DNA from: Chiloscyllium plagiosum
Taxonomy: Eukaryota
Direction: 5' to 3'
Length of the DNA: 64,000 nucleotides
Assembly (NCBI RefSeq): GCF_004010195.1
Contig: NC_057718.1
Location: 35,873,817-35,937,816, forward strand
The notes below the pieces were generated by a model. That model saw nothing but the letters and a program-made list of their open reading frames with translations, ran no database searches and was not told where the DNA came from. A program made the position numbers and the translations under genes. This document shows positions 37,416-50,518 of this stretch, piece by piece (position 1 is the first letter of the stretch; each line of letters begins with the position of its first letter).

Positions 37416-38936
37416 TATACTGGTTTTTACCTCATTAGATCTGAAATTCATGCTGGAGGTGACCACATTCGTTCTATTGCTCTGAAACCTGGCACCAATA
37501 GCTTTCATGATTTTTCAGCAGATTCAGATTACTCCACACTTTAAGTCACACTGCCATTCTGCATCATTCATTTGACTGTTATGTTCATCGTCAAATTTGT
37601 CTTTTTTTCATTTTTATACTGCCACTCTTTACAGAATTCTGTTCTCTGCTGGATCATTGGTTATTTGAGATTTATCAAAACAAGACCTGACAGGAAAGAC
37701 AGTTTCTGGCCATGCAGAAAGTGATCAATCCAATGAAATTGATTGTTCAGAGGTTTTGTTTGAATGTTTCTGGAGTTGCCTTCAAGATGGACACTAATAT
37801 TTGATGAATGGTCCTCTCACTGAATCAGAAGGATGCAGTCAAGACATTGCTTCTGGAATTTTTCCAGTGCTCCGAAGTGTTGCTGTTACATAGTCTAAGA
37901 CTCACTACAATACCAGAATGGGATGAAGATAACTGTCTATACCCTTGATTTTCGTCAACTTACTGAAGTCTTCATTATTAAACACTTGCTGCTGTTCCAT
38001 GTAGAGCTCTGAGCTGGGACAACTGATCTAGTGCCGGATCCCCTCGTCAATGATGACCCTTTGGGAGAGTTAGCTGTTGAAATATAGGAGTGCTGCAGAG
38101 TCTTTCCTTCAACACTTATAGGAAGTGAACATTTGAGTGACCAGGTCTGGATGGATATGAGTTTGTTTTGGCAACATTCAAGAACAGGCCCAAATTCTTG
38201 TACACTGTTTAAAGAAGTAATGTAATACAGAGTGTCTTGAAAATCCCATTCAGAGCAAGCAATACACTTCAGTCACCTTTAACTGTAGATCTTAAATATT
38301 TATGGCACCGATCAACCTTTTTGTTAAAGAAACAGGAGTACACAGAGTTTTTCCAATTTGTTTACCTGTTTGTGTTAAGAATTGCACATTTTAGGTTTTC
38401 AAGGATTGCACTGTCTATTACATCAATCAGAATAAATATATGAAATTTATTTGTATGTAGCGGCCTTCTCATTTATACCTTTTCATTCAATTTATGGTGG
38501 TTTGCTAATAATTCAAAAGCTTTTATGAAGCTCTAACCTATTTCATTAATTTCTTAAAAACTTGCATCAAATTAATTTAACAAAACAATTCAATATAAAG
38601 CAACTTACTAAATGAAGTGCATCCTCACTTACTGGATACTTTTACAGGGTCATGCAGCTTCTGGTTGTCCATTTTATCTGTCTGCTGTTTGTTGTTATTT
38701 CTCCCATTCCAATCTTGAATCTGTCATGTTTGTTTTCTAGGTGGTGTTGCTTATTGTTTCCCCTTGATAGGTATAGTGCAAACTGTATCATACATGTATT
38801 ACTGCTATATACTGAGTTGTTCAATTGTTTAGTTAAAATACCTCATTGAAGAAAAAGATACACTATGATATTGTAATGATCTGCAGCTTTACAAAGAAGG
38901 AAGAAATTTCTTTGAGCCCATAGCTAAGACAACATA

Positions 38937-39617
38937 CCGTATATATCTGTGTATAGGTCAATCGCATGTATAAGATGACCCCTTATTTTTGGCCAAAAAA
39001 TATCTTATTTTCCATATGTCTCATGTGTAAGTCGACTCTAGTTCTTCATAGTTACAGATCAACATTTATGAGTCAGTGTGCCTGCCCATTGCACTCCACT
39101 CCAGCTTTCCAGTCCACCAGCCATCATGCTCTATTCCAGGTTTTCATAACGACTGTAATGCTATTACAGTACAGGGCAACAGTCATATCCACAGGTCCAG
39201 TTTCTGCGGTTTACTGCGGCCCGAACATATTACAGGCAACATTCCAGAACCAGGGAGCAGGGTGCTGCCAGAAAGGTAATTTTCCCATTTAAATGAATGG
39301 TTTCGCACCTATCCACAGTTTTAGCCTTCCACGGTAGATCTTGGAACATATCTCCCATGGGTACAGGGTGGACTACTGTACCATCCTACCATAGTAGGCA
39401 GAATGGAAACAGTATTTTGTTGATAAATATTCAATAATGGCCATAATTCTTTTTTCTTTTGTGGTTTAGTATTTTATCTGGCTCTTGTTTGTCCATTTTT
39501 GACTCGTACCAAGCTTAAATTTCATCCCCTCGAAAACAATACCTCGTGTCGTCAACCCCCTAATTCCAGCTTTAAAAAAACCTCTTCAAAATTCGACCTA
39601 TACATGAGTATATACGG
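38937..39617. mobile_element. Non-autonomous Tc1/mariner-superfamily (Tc2/pogo-like) DNA transposon
   Basis: TIRs ccgtatatatctgtgtataggtc and gacctatacatgagtatatacgg with TA duplication at 38935-38936 and 39618-39619. Confidence 0.75.
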
Positions 39618-39883
39618 TACATGAGTATATAAAGTACTTAAAGATTTTCTATTTGTTATCCTGAAAGAAACTTACTTAGCAGTCAGGCTCAGAAAAAAAT
39701 CCTCAAAAGTGTAAAAGACATGAAACACTAAAGAAGAAGGATCTAGCGTAAAAGTAATAGAAGGTGGAACAGTGACAAGAATAGCAGGATTGATAGATTC
39801 TCACACCACTGATAAAGCAAGCAAACCCGACTACCAACACCACCATTCCTTCCTGCGGTACCTTCCCATGTAAATATTTTAGA

Positions 39884-40260
39884 CTCATAGAGATGTACAG
39901 CATGGAAACAGACCCTTCAGTCCAGCTTGTCCATGCTGACCAAATATCCTAACCTAATCAGTCCCATTTGCCAACACATGGCTCATATCCCTCTAAACCC
40001 TTCCTATTCATACATCCATCCAGATGCATTTTAAATGTTGTCATTGTGCCAGCCTCCACCACTTCCTCTGGCAGCTCATTCCAAACACGCACCACCCTCT
40101 GCGTGAAAAAAATTCCCCTTAGGTCCCTCTTAAATTGTTCCCCTCTCACCCTAAACCTGTGCCCTATAGTTGTGGACTCCCCCATCCAAGGGAAGAAAAA
40201 CCTTGTCTATATATCCTATCCATGTCTCTCATGGTTTTATAAACCTCTATAAGGTCACCG
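39884..40260 (-). mobile_element. HER1-like CR1 3' fragment
   Basis: 'FFTQRVVRVWNELPEEVVEAG'; tail actcatagagatgtacag. Confidence 0.9.
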
Positions 40261-40789
40261 CTTTTGTGCAATGTAAATTTCTCTATTATGATAATAAAAT
40301 CACACACATTTAAATAAATTTTCTTTTCCAGCGAATGATATTTCAGCTTCTACCAGAATCTACAAATCTCAACAATTTATTTCTTCATCAAGGTTCTTTA
40401 AAAGTAGACAATTTTACATCCTGTCTCTGGGTGCATGTGACTAGCTGCTCTCCTTTTCACTGGACACAGAGCAGCTATTTTGGTCACCCACATCAAAGGA
40501 ATTCTAGTAAAAGGGAAATCTGTGCCACAGAAATTGTTAGTCCTTTATGCACAGCCTACTTTGAGGCAATTGCTTCCCCACCGACATTCCCCCACTGCAA
40601 CTACAGAAACTCTGGAGACATCCCCAGAAATCCTGGAGTCAAACTGAACTCTAAATGTCAACTCTCTTCACAGATGCTGCCGGAACAGCTGGTTTCTCCA
40701 GCATTCTCAGTGTTTGCTTGTTTCAGAGTTCTAGCATCTGCAACAACTGCCCTTGCATCTCCTCCATGCTCACCATCCAAGGACTGAAA

Positions 40790-41450
40790 CAGGTGAAGCA
40801 CTGTTTCACCTGACCACCCTCAATCTTGTGGATTGTATTTGCTGCACCCAATGTGGCCTACTCTACATTAGAGAAACTAAATGCAGATTGGATGACCATT
40901 TTGCAGAACACTTCTGGTCTGTGCACAAGTATGACTCCGATGTTCCTGTAGCCAGTCGTTTTAACACCGTGTCCTGCTCTCATGCCCACTTGTCTGTCCT
41001 CAACATGCTGCAATCTACCAGCAGATCACAGCACAAACTGGAGGAGAAACATCTCATCTTCTGACTGGGCACTCATCTCAATATTGAGCTCAAGACCGTC
41101 AGATTGTGAACCCATTCTTTCCGTTTCTTTTGGTTTTACTTGTTACATTTTCTGTCACCATGTCCTTTTGCCTCTCCCTCCCCACTCCAGGGTGACTGTC
41201 TCTTCTTTCCAGTCTGGCAGTTAGACATACTGTTGTTCTGCCATTCACAGATTCTGGTTCACTTAATCTGAACTATCAACACCCTTTCTCCCCCCCCCCA
41301 CCCCCCATTTGTTGCATAAATGTTTCCCCTCCATACTTCACAGTAGCTCTGGACTTGAAAGGTTAACTTGCTCTCTCTCCACGGATACTGCATGACTCAC
41401 TGTAATTGCCAGTATTTTTTGTTTTCAGTACAGATTCCACCATCTGCAAT
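40790..41450 (+). mobile_element. Penelope-like family D element with GIY-YIG remnant (extra repeat copy at 40620-40745)
   Basis: 'LVDCICCTQCGLLYIRETKCRLDDHFAEH...KLEEKHLIF'; terminal repeat ggacttgaaaggttaact...tacagattcc. Confidence 0.8.
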
Positions 41451-41787
41451 AATTTATTTCTAAATTTGCAGTAACATTTAACAGCAAACATAGAAAAGAG
41501 CTTATTTAACTGCTGATAGTAAAGGGTGTGGGGGGAGGGGGTGGAGGGGTTCAATTCAAATTCTAAAACTTGAATCAGTGATGGAAGAATGCAAGGCTTG
41601 AAATAAAAAGAATTTTCGAGGTGTGAAGAAGAGAAAAGGGGCATGACATAAATTAGAGGTTGATGAGGAGGAACTGCATTAGCAATTTCTTAAAGTGACA
41701 GACCTATATCAGCAGCGAGTGCAGTAAGTGAGGACACAGATCATTTTTTTATTTCACAACTCAGCCAAGAATAGTTTAATTAAATTT

Positions 41788-42164
41788 CATGATTCGGAGA
41801 TGCCGGTGTTGGACTGGGGTGTACAAAGTTAAAAATCACACAACACCAGGTTATAGTCCAACAGGTTTAATTGGAAGCACACTAGCTTTCGGAGTGATGC
41901 TCCTTTTTTTTCTTTAAAAAAAGGGTTTTGTGATTTACACATGAAAGAAGTGAAACTATCACTGTATTCTAACAGATGAAAGGCTTAACAGACAATCAAT
42001 TCTTCAATGTATAATTTCAGTTACATCACACTGCAAATTTTTGCTATAAATTCTGTGTTACGATCGAGCCCTCCAAAATCACCTGATGACGGAGCGTCTC
42101 TCCAAAAGCTAGTGCTTCCAATTAAACCTGTTGGACTATAACCTGGTGTTGTGTGATTTTTAAC
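41788..42164. mobile_element. Penelope-like family A hairpin insertion with 12-bp TSD
   Basis: Inverted arms about 41828-41903 and 42090-42164; TSD ttaattaaattt at 41776-41787 and 42165-42176. Confidence 0.9.
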
Positions 42165-42452
42165 TTAATTAAATTTAATTGATACAAACTTTAAAGAATC
42201 CAATGCTATTCATAGTTTCATTACAACACATGAATTATAGAACATACCATGAACTTGAACAGTTTTATGTTTAGGATCTATGATAGGTATGCTCTCGAGT
42301 GTACAGTGGTGCTTTCGCCAGCAGTCGAGTGCCTTGCATCATGCATGTGCTCACTGTGTCCAAACTCTAATTACATAATAGTGTAATCCAGAGTTGCAAC
42401 AATAGGAGCTACTAGTGTGATGGACCAGACCAAACCCTGTCAAAGTATATTC

Positions 42453-44046
42453 AGTAATATTAGAAATGAAAGTTTCTTTCAATACATAAGAAACAAATGA
42501 CAGGCAAAAGTAGACATTGGGCCACTTCAAACTGATGCAGGAAGCCTAGTGATGGGAGATAAGGAAATAGCAGGAGAACTTAATAAGTACTTTGCGTCAG
42601 TCTTCTCAGTGAAAGACATGAGTAATATCCCAACAATTAAAGGGAGTCAGGGGGCTGAGTTGAGTATGGTTGCCATTACAAAAAAGATAGTGCTAGAAAA
42701 GCTAAAAGGTCTTAAAATTGACAAATCTCCTGGCCACAATGGGCTACATCCTAGCGTTCTGAGGGAGGTGGCTGAGGAAATAGCAGAGGCGTTGGTTGCG
42801 AACTTTCAAAAGTCACTGGAGTCAGGGAAAGTCCCGGATGATTGGAAGACCACTGTTGTAACCCCATTGTTCAAAAAAGGATCAAGACAAAAGATGGAAA
42901 ATTTAGGCCAATTAGCCTAACCTCGGTTGTTGGTAAAATTCTAGAATCCATCGTTAAGGATGAGGTTTCTAAATTCTTGGAAGAGCAGGGTCGGATTAGA
43001 ACAAATCAACATGGATTTAGTAAGGGGAGGTCGTGCCTGACAAAGCTTTTAGAATTCTTTGAAGAGGTAACAAGTAGGTTAGACCAGGGAAACCCAGTGG
43101 ATGTGGTCTATCTATACTTCCAAAAGGCCTTTAATAAGGTGCCACCCGGGAAGCTGCTGAGTAAGGTGAGGGCCCATGGTGTTCGAGGTGAGCTACTAGT
43201 ATGGATTGAGGATTGGCTGTCTGACAGAAGGCAGAGAGTTGGGATAAAAGGTTCTCTTTCGGAATGGCAGCCGGTGACAAGCGGTGCCCCGCAGGGTTCA
43301 GTGTTGGGGCCGCAGCTGTTCACATTATATATTAATGATCTGGATGAAGGGACTGGGGGCATTCTAGCNNNNNNNNNNNNNNNNNNNNNNNNNNNNNNNN
43401 NNNNNNNNNNNNNNNNNNNNNNNNNNNNNNNNNNNNNNNNNNNNNNNNNNNNNNNNNNNNNNNNNNNNNNNNNNNNNNNNNNNNNNNNNNNNNNNNNNNN
43501 NNNNNNNNNNNNNNNNNNNNNNNNNNNNNNNNNNNNNNNNNNNNNNNNNNNNNNNNNNNNNNNNNNNNNNNNNNNNNNNNNNNNNNNNNNNNNNNNNNNN
43601 NNNNNNNNNNNNNNNNNNNNNNNNNNNNNNNNNNNNNNNNNNNNNNNNNNNNNNNNNNNNNNNNNNNNNNNNNNNNNNNNNNNNNNNNNNNNNNNNNNNN
43701 NNNNNNNNNGCTAGGAAATTGTTTCCGTTAGGCGAGGAGACTAGGACCCGTGGACACAGCCTTAGAATTAGAGGGGGTCATTTCAGAACAGAAATGCGGA
43801 GACATTTCTTCAGCCAGAGAGTGGTGGGCCTGTGGAATTCATTGCCACGGAGTGCAGTGGAGGCCGGGACGCTAAACGTCTTCAAGGCAGAGATTGATAA
43901 ATTCTTGATGTCACAAGGAATTAAAGGCTACGGGGAGAATGCGTGTAAGTGGAGTTGAAATACCCATCAGCCATGATTGAATGGCGGAGTGGACTCGATG
44001 GGCCGAATGGCCTTACTTCCACTCCTATGTCTTATGGTCTTATGGA
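42453..44046 (+). mobile_element. Young 5'-truncated CR1 LINE (contains the assembly gap)
   Basis: RT ORFs 42549-42920 and 42842-43368 ('[15 protein letters not shown]...[10 protein letters not shown]...[13 protein letters not shown]'); tail (cttatggt)n; same family as 3336-6131. Confidence 0.95.
43369..43709. other. Assembly gap (341 N)
   Basis: Run of N. Confidence 1.
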
Positions 44047-45454
44047 CTCTAACATTTTCTTATTTTAAAGATAAGTGCCAGGCATTGAATTTCAGATGCA
44101 ATTTGATTGGTCAAACCACCAGATTTGAAGCAAAACACACTTGATTCATGCACTATAATTAAAATACAACAAAAGAAAGAAGAAATTGGAATAACTTGAC
44201 TCAATTGGAAAACCAAACAGAATAACAGATTATTTAACTATGAAACAGTAACTGCTCCAATATAGCAACATCCCAAAAGCAAATTCAGAAAAATAAACTG
44301 TCTCACAGGCAATTCTCCAACCAGGAGGAAAAAAGTATCAAGAAAAAATTCAGAGAGAGAGAGAGAGAGGACCAGGGAGAGATGTATTGCAGCTTCACAA
44401 CCCAGCTTCAAGACTCCAGTACAACTATGACTGAAAAACTAAAATTCCTGGTTCTGTGGGAGCTTGACACCACCCATTCAGGCTTTTTCTATTGTTATGA
44501 ATTTAGAAAAATACTCACAAACCATTTACTCTAGTGGCTCTGAGATTGCTCTGCAACTCTCTCTGAAGCCCCTCCTTTCAACCTATCTTCACAAAAAAAA
44601 ACAGGACAAAAGATGCCTTTTATGGCCATAGTTTTGTCACACAAGTTATCTTCATTGGTTTCATTCCTTTACATGTTTATTGTGTGCAACTTTCAATCTA
44701 AAACATATCAAAATATTTCAGCTAAGTGAGTCCAGATATAAATCATTAAGTTGTAAGTAAAAAGAATGGCATACTGCCAGGAACATTGTTACCTCTGAAG
44801 CCCCTATTATCTCCAGTTAGACATATATTACCATTCTTTTGTTGCCTTTGGATCAATATCCTGGAACTCGCCATTGCTTCCACCTTTGAGTTTCAAAACA
44901 ATCATTGCATCTATTAATACTTGGTTCTGCTTGAAAGAGTTTCTCCTGCCAATTAAGCTGGCTGATCAGTTACTTTAGCTTTAATTATTCTGGTCAATTA
45001 CCAGAACCAATTCAGCAAGGGATACTGTTCCTGCAAAATTCCTGTTGTGAAAATGTCTTTAGCATATGTGTGTGCTTGTGTGCTATGGATCTTTTGTGGT
45101 TAACAACAAAAATAAAAAGTTTCTTAAAGCATCACTAATCATTGTCCTGATTGATTAATAATAAGACAATTGCTTGCTAAATTCTAACTGAAAACTTTAA
45201 GGTTCTTATAGAATATAATACCAACGTTTTCTCTCAAAATTTTAAAAAAACTTCTAATTTTGATGTGTTTGTTATAATTCAGGTGCTCAACAAGATTGTT
45301 TCTCTAAACACAATGTTTCCATCCTGCAAGCAACACAAAGATGACCTCATAAAATATAGAGTGTTTTGGGGGTGAACAAGAAATCTGTTTAACATCAATA
45401 TTTACAGTGGAAATTTCCCTGGTCACTTTGTGCTGCAGTATGCTGGAAATGCAC

Positions 45455-45970
45455 TGTGATGCCACTTTTGGAATATTGTGTACAATTCTAGTCGCCATTC
45501 CAGAGGATGAATGTTGTTAGACCTGCAAGGGTGCATTAAAGATTTACAAGGATGATGCCAGCACTGGAGGTTTTGAGCTATAGGGAGAGGCTGAATAGGC
45601 TGGGGCTATTTTCCCCGCAGCATCAGACACTGAAGAGTGACCTTATGGAGGTCGATAAAATCAAGAGGTGGCATGGATAGGGTGAACAGCCAAGGTCTTT
45701 TTTCCACAGTAGGGGAGTCCATAAGTCGAGGACATAGGTTTCAGGTGAGTGGGAAAAGACTTTAAAAGAACCTTAGCGATAATCTTTTCACACTTGTATG
45801 GAACAAGCTGCTAGAGGAGGTGGTAGAATTGAGTACAATTACAACATTTAAAAGGCATTTGGGGGTGTGAAAAGAGGGACATGGCCAGGGTCAAGGTCAG
45901 ATTGGGATGTCTGGTCGGCGTGGATGAGTTGGACCGAAGGATCTGTTTCTGTGCTGTATAACTTGCTATG
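45455..45970 (+). mobile_element. HER1-like CR1 3' fragment
   Basis: ggaatattgtgtacaattct...gagctatagggagaggctgaataggctgggg...ggaccgaagg. Confidence 0.85.
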
Positions 45971-46109
45971 ACTGTTCAGGAATCAGCAGCTCTAAATTTG
46001 GACTGTGGGCAATTTGTACGGACCAGCCATTTTCCTAGCACAGATTCACTATCTGGCAGAGTGTAGTGTTTGAAAACGGGGGAAATACTTTGTTAATATA
46101 TAATTTGGT

Positions 46110-47790
46110 CATGGATGTAATCATTACAGCATTTACTATGCATCTCTCATTGCCCTTGAAGGTGGTGGTGAGCAGCCTTGTTGAACCAGAGCAGATCTTT
46201 GGGTGTAGGTATAACCACAATGCTATTAGGGAGAGAGTTCCAGGAATTTTCCAGCGGCAATGAAGGAATAGTTATTTCATTCCAAGTTAGGGTGTTGTGT
46301 GGCTTGAAGGGTTGGTAGTGTTACCATGAACCTGGTGCATTTTTCCTTCTGGGTGGTAGAGATTACAGATTTGAAAAGTACTGTCGAAGGAGCCTGGGTG
46401 ATGTGCTGCAATGAAAATTGTAGATGGTACACAGTATCAATACTGTATCAATGTGAAAGGGGGGAATTTTGAAGGTGGTGGATAGAGTACCAATGAAATG
46501 GGCTCCTTAATCTTTGATGGTGGTATTTCATTACACTCCTGATTTGTGCCTTATAGGTGATATAGAGGTAACAGAGGAAGGAGACAGGAAGTGGGTAACC
46601 AGATGCAAAATTTCTAGCCTCTGCTCTGCTCCAATAGCTACAATGGCAGGTCCAGTTCAGGTCATGGTCAATAGTAATTCAAGAATGTTGATGGTGCACA
46701 ATCCAGTGATGGTAATATCATTGAGTTTCAAGAGAGATTCTCAACAGGAGAGGGACTAGGTTCTTTCTTGTTTGAGATGGTCATTGTCAGGTACTTGTGT
46801 GATGCAAATTTTACATATCCCCTAAGTAGAATCATATCATATAGAGCACTGTATGCATTTAATCATGTATCAAAGATCTCTTTGATCACGCTGTTGACAT
46901 GCTCAAAATGTTGTGCAATTAAACAATAGATCAAAGGCCTACTCAAGAACTCCATGACAAATTCTGAATCTTTTTATTATCAATATTTTTGTCCTACCCT
47001 TTTATAATTAGGTTAACTATCTACACAACAATTTTTTTTATTTATACACGGAACAAAGGCTTCACTGGTTGGGCCAGCATTTGTAACCCATCACTAGCTG
47101 CCCTTGAGAAGGTGGAGCTGAGCTGCCTTCTTAAACTGCTGCAGACCATTTGCTGCAGGTAGTTACACAATCTCAGTCGGGAGAGAGTTCCAGGAATTTG
47201 ATCCAATGACACTGAAATAACATTGACATATTTCCAAGTCACGATGGTGAGAGTCTTGGAGTGAAACTTGCAGGTGGTGTGTTCCCATTCATTCCAGACA
47301 GTAGTGGTTGTGCATTTGAAACGTACTGTCTTAGGAGCCTTAGTGAATTTCTACAAAGCCTTTTGTAGATGGTACACAACATTGCTGTTGTGCATCGCTA
47401 ATGGAGGGAGCAAATGTTTACATATTTGATACTAATCAAGCTGGTTGCTTTGTCCTGGTTTCTTAAAGCTTCTTGATTGCCATTAGAATTGTACTCATCC
47501 AGGCAAGTGATGAACATTCCATCACATATTTGACCTCTGCCCTGTAAATGGGGCCAGGATTTGTGGAGTCACAGCTAAGTCACTTCCTTTATAGCCTATG
47601 ATCTGCTGTTGTAGCCACAGTACTTACATAGCCGGTCCAGTTCAGTTTCTGGTCAATACTAACTCTCAGAAAGTGGGGAATTCGATGATGACGATGCCAT
47701 TGAATGTCAAAAGGTGATGGTCCTCTGTCTTGTTGGAGATGGTCATTGCTTGGCACTTGTGTGACCTGCTTGTTACTTGTGTCATGACTC
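46110..47790 (-). mobile_element. Two fragments (about 46110-46822 and 47036-47790) of an old LINE sharing its 3' tail with the second SINE family
   Basis: Both carry gcccttga..aggtgg, gggagagagttccaggaattt and gagatggtcattg blocks; the tail resembles 11750-11800. Confidence 0.65.
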
Positions 47791-48048
47791 GATTAGGAGA
47801 GTGTGCTGATATCGAGCCCCAATGTTCCCGGATTTGGCTCAAATATGAAAGTTTCACTAAACTATCAAACTGTCTAATTTTCTTGACTGTCAGATTCTCG
47901 GTCTTTTTTGAGCATGAGAAAATAACTATTTATTGGAACCAAATTGATTTTCTTAACAATGAGAAAAAAATTCTAAAAATGATTTGTTATGATTATACAG
48001 CTTAAACATTGCCTCTTAAGTTCACAATCACACAAACACAAACAGAGA

Positions 48049-48365
48049 CACAATGGGCCACACAGCGCCAAGGACCTGGATTCGATTCCACCCTTGGGAT
48101 ACTGCCTGTGTGGAGTTTGCACATTCTCCCTGTATCTGTGTGGGTTTCTGCCGCTGATTTGGTTTCCTCCTACAGTCCAAAGATCTGCAAGCTGGGGAGA
48201 TTGGCTATGCTACATTACCTATAGTGTTCAGGGATGTGTAGGTTAGGTTTGGGAAATGCAGGGTCACAGGGATATGATAGGGCGATGGGTCTGGTTGAAT
48301 GCTCATTGAAGGATTAGTGTGGACCATTGGACCAAATGGCCTGTTTCCACACTATAAAGATACTA
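48049..48365 (+). mobile_element. HE1-like SINE (diverged)
   Basis: cacagcgccaaggacctggattcgattcc...tgtgtggagtttgcacattctccc. Confidence 0.85.
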
Positions 48366-49496
48366 TGGAAATGGAAACAAACAAGGCACAAGTATTTCAA
48401 ATGGAGAACAAAATTTTCAGGGAAATGCAGATGTGAATCACCAACCCAAATAATGAAACTGAATCAGTTGGTTTCACAATCCTTTCAATTCTTCAATGAT
48501 GCTACAATGTTATCTGAACAGCGATGAACAATCTTTAGTTCACTGGATGGTTGACTGTACTGGGTTCTTTCTTTTTACTTTGCGATTTAGAATTGTTTAT
48601 TTCAGCATATCTAAACACATCTAGTTTTCCTGCCCTTTCATCTGATAACTGGGAAGAGAGAACAGAAAAAGGGTACAGAGGGAGAGATTTTGATGCTCCT
48701 CACTTTCGGCGGTCTCTCCTTTTTGCATTTCCCTCACAGAATCTGTGTTAAGATGCAGCTTGACCAGCCATAGGGCTGTTACGATGCTGACCTCTCCTGA
48801 AACAGACAAAATGCAGTGCCAACTTGTCTTATACGCCTCCAAAAGTAACATTGATCCATTTGCATCATTTAGTTTGACTTGCTTTTCCAAGTTGCAAACT
48901 CCCAAAATGTTCCCTTCTTTTAAAAGTACTATCCACTTTTGCTCATTTTCAGTTCACAGTGCAAAAGTTTGAAGAAAATGTGGGTTGGAATCTTCCCAGT
49001 TCCTAAAATGACATAGACCATGGTAAGGAAACTACATGAGATGGCCAGCGAGTTGCTTCTCCAAAAGGCCTCACTTTCCAAAAGGCTAGTCAGCAGTGAG
49101 AGGCCTATTTGCATGGATTAACATCTCATTATTCTCTAAACTTTCCTCATTGATGCCTGTCTACAACTCACTGTATAGAAACCAGACAACAATAATTGCT
49201 GAAATGAAAGTCAGAGCAGTTACTGGGAACTCAGTTGGTCATTTGCTCCTCTGGATTCCACCTTGGTCAATGATCACCAACATCTCAAGGACACAGACAT
49301 TGGCATCTGACATATGTCACTTCATTGCATCATTGTAGCACATCTCCAGTCCACTAACAGCATTTCAATGTTGCACTTTGGAATGCATCCGTCTTTCATC
49401 GTAATGCTGTTCCCAGGACAGTTGTCAGGCAGTACGTTTCAGTAAGTCAGTCAGGGAGCTGCACAGAGGTCAGATATGGGTCTGGTCAATCATCAG

Positions 49497-49608
49497 GAGA
49501 AAGTGAGGTCTGCAGATGCTGGAGATCAGAGCTTGCCCGAAACGTCGATTCTCCTGTTCCCTGGATGCTGCCTGACCTGCTGCGCTTTTCCAGCAACACA
49601 TTTCCAGC
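49497..49608. mobile_element. Penelope-like family B mini-insertion made of two oppositely oriented pieces, 16-bp TSD
   Basis: TSD tctggtcaatcatcag at 49481-49496 and 49609-49624. Confidence 0.88.
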
Positions 49609-50435
49609 TCTGGTCAATCATCAGTTGAGGCTATCCATCAAAGTCACTCAGGGGGATGGGTGATTGTTAGTCATGGGCATCAGCTCAATGAAAGTCAAAG
49701 GCTGTCACCAGGAGTCACTGCTGTGCTAGGCAAGTAGAGGAATTCAATTCTGGGTATTGGATGCAGCAAGCTAGGATGCAAAGGATACAATAGTTGTGAA
49801 TGGGGAGAATTGGACACATAATTGGGGAAATGAATATTGCACTCAAGGACATAGAGACTGCAGAAAGGGTGTAGCTATTGACCATCACTTGGCCCCAAAG
49901 TTGGCGGGGGTGAGGGGGGAACACTATGCAACCAGATGGTGGTCAGGACTGAAATGTAGGACTGGGGATATTATTGAGAGCTAAAGACAAATTCCAAGTG
50001 GTGTGTGGGAATATATGGACAATCAGTACAGATGAGACCAAGGAACAGGAAGAAAGTAACACAGAGATTTTAGGAAAGACTCTTAATTTCCAGGCTGAGC
50101 TTGTGACTCTCTGTGACAAGATTATTCAGCATTGCCTTCCAAACTCAGGCATCCTGTAAATGTGCACTAGAAATTGGAAACGGCTGTAATTATACCCAGA
50201 GTGGACAGTGTTGTAATTGTAACGAGGTCAGATGAGTGGTGCTTATAGAATATGAGTTCCCTAACTGGGAGTGTTAACCTGGTCTAATCAGGGAACCCTG
50301 GCTGACAGATAAGAACAGGAGTGTTGGACATCCTGTTCACTTAGAGAACTGGCTCTGAGAAAGCTGGATCAGTGTCAAAGACTTTACACATGTAAATAAA
50401 GGTTGACTTGGTGATGGGATATCAGCCTTTGTGGA

Positions 50436-50518
50436 CATGATGTGGAGGGGCTGGTGTTGGAAGCTAGTGCTTCCAAATAAACCTGTTGGACTATAATCTG
50501 GAGTTGTGTGATTTTTAA
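50436..50518. mobile_element. Penelope-like family A mini-insertion in the Gypsy LTR
   Basis: Inverted tail plus partial repeat; TSD cagcctttgtgga (50423-50435) and cagcccctatgga (50519-50531). Confidence 0.8.

Larger units (their letters stand above)
34870..38780 (-). pseudogene. Candidate multi-exon unitary pseudogene disrupted by stops and by PLE and CR1 insertions
   Basis: Minus-strand exon-like blocks: about 38780-38633 (CCA|GTAAGT), 38204-36405, 36039-35877 (AAG|GTAAGT), 35739-about 35020, 34947-34870; protein-like text such as 'DPARYHAYIKNLRQ*MA*ER' and 'MKKEMNYQSTYVRDYRKLK'. Confidence 0.45.
42416..44641. mobile_element. Probable solo LTR split by a CR1 insertion
   Basis: Termini tgtgat...gtcaca, flanks ctag/caag (4-bp TSD, one mismatch); GA run inside. 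Confidence 0.5.

Noticed and set aside
42842..43714. 290-aa ORF
   Set aside because: CR1 RT whose length is inflated by the N gap.
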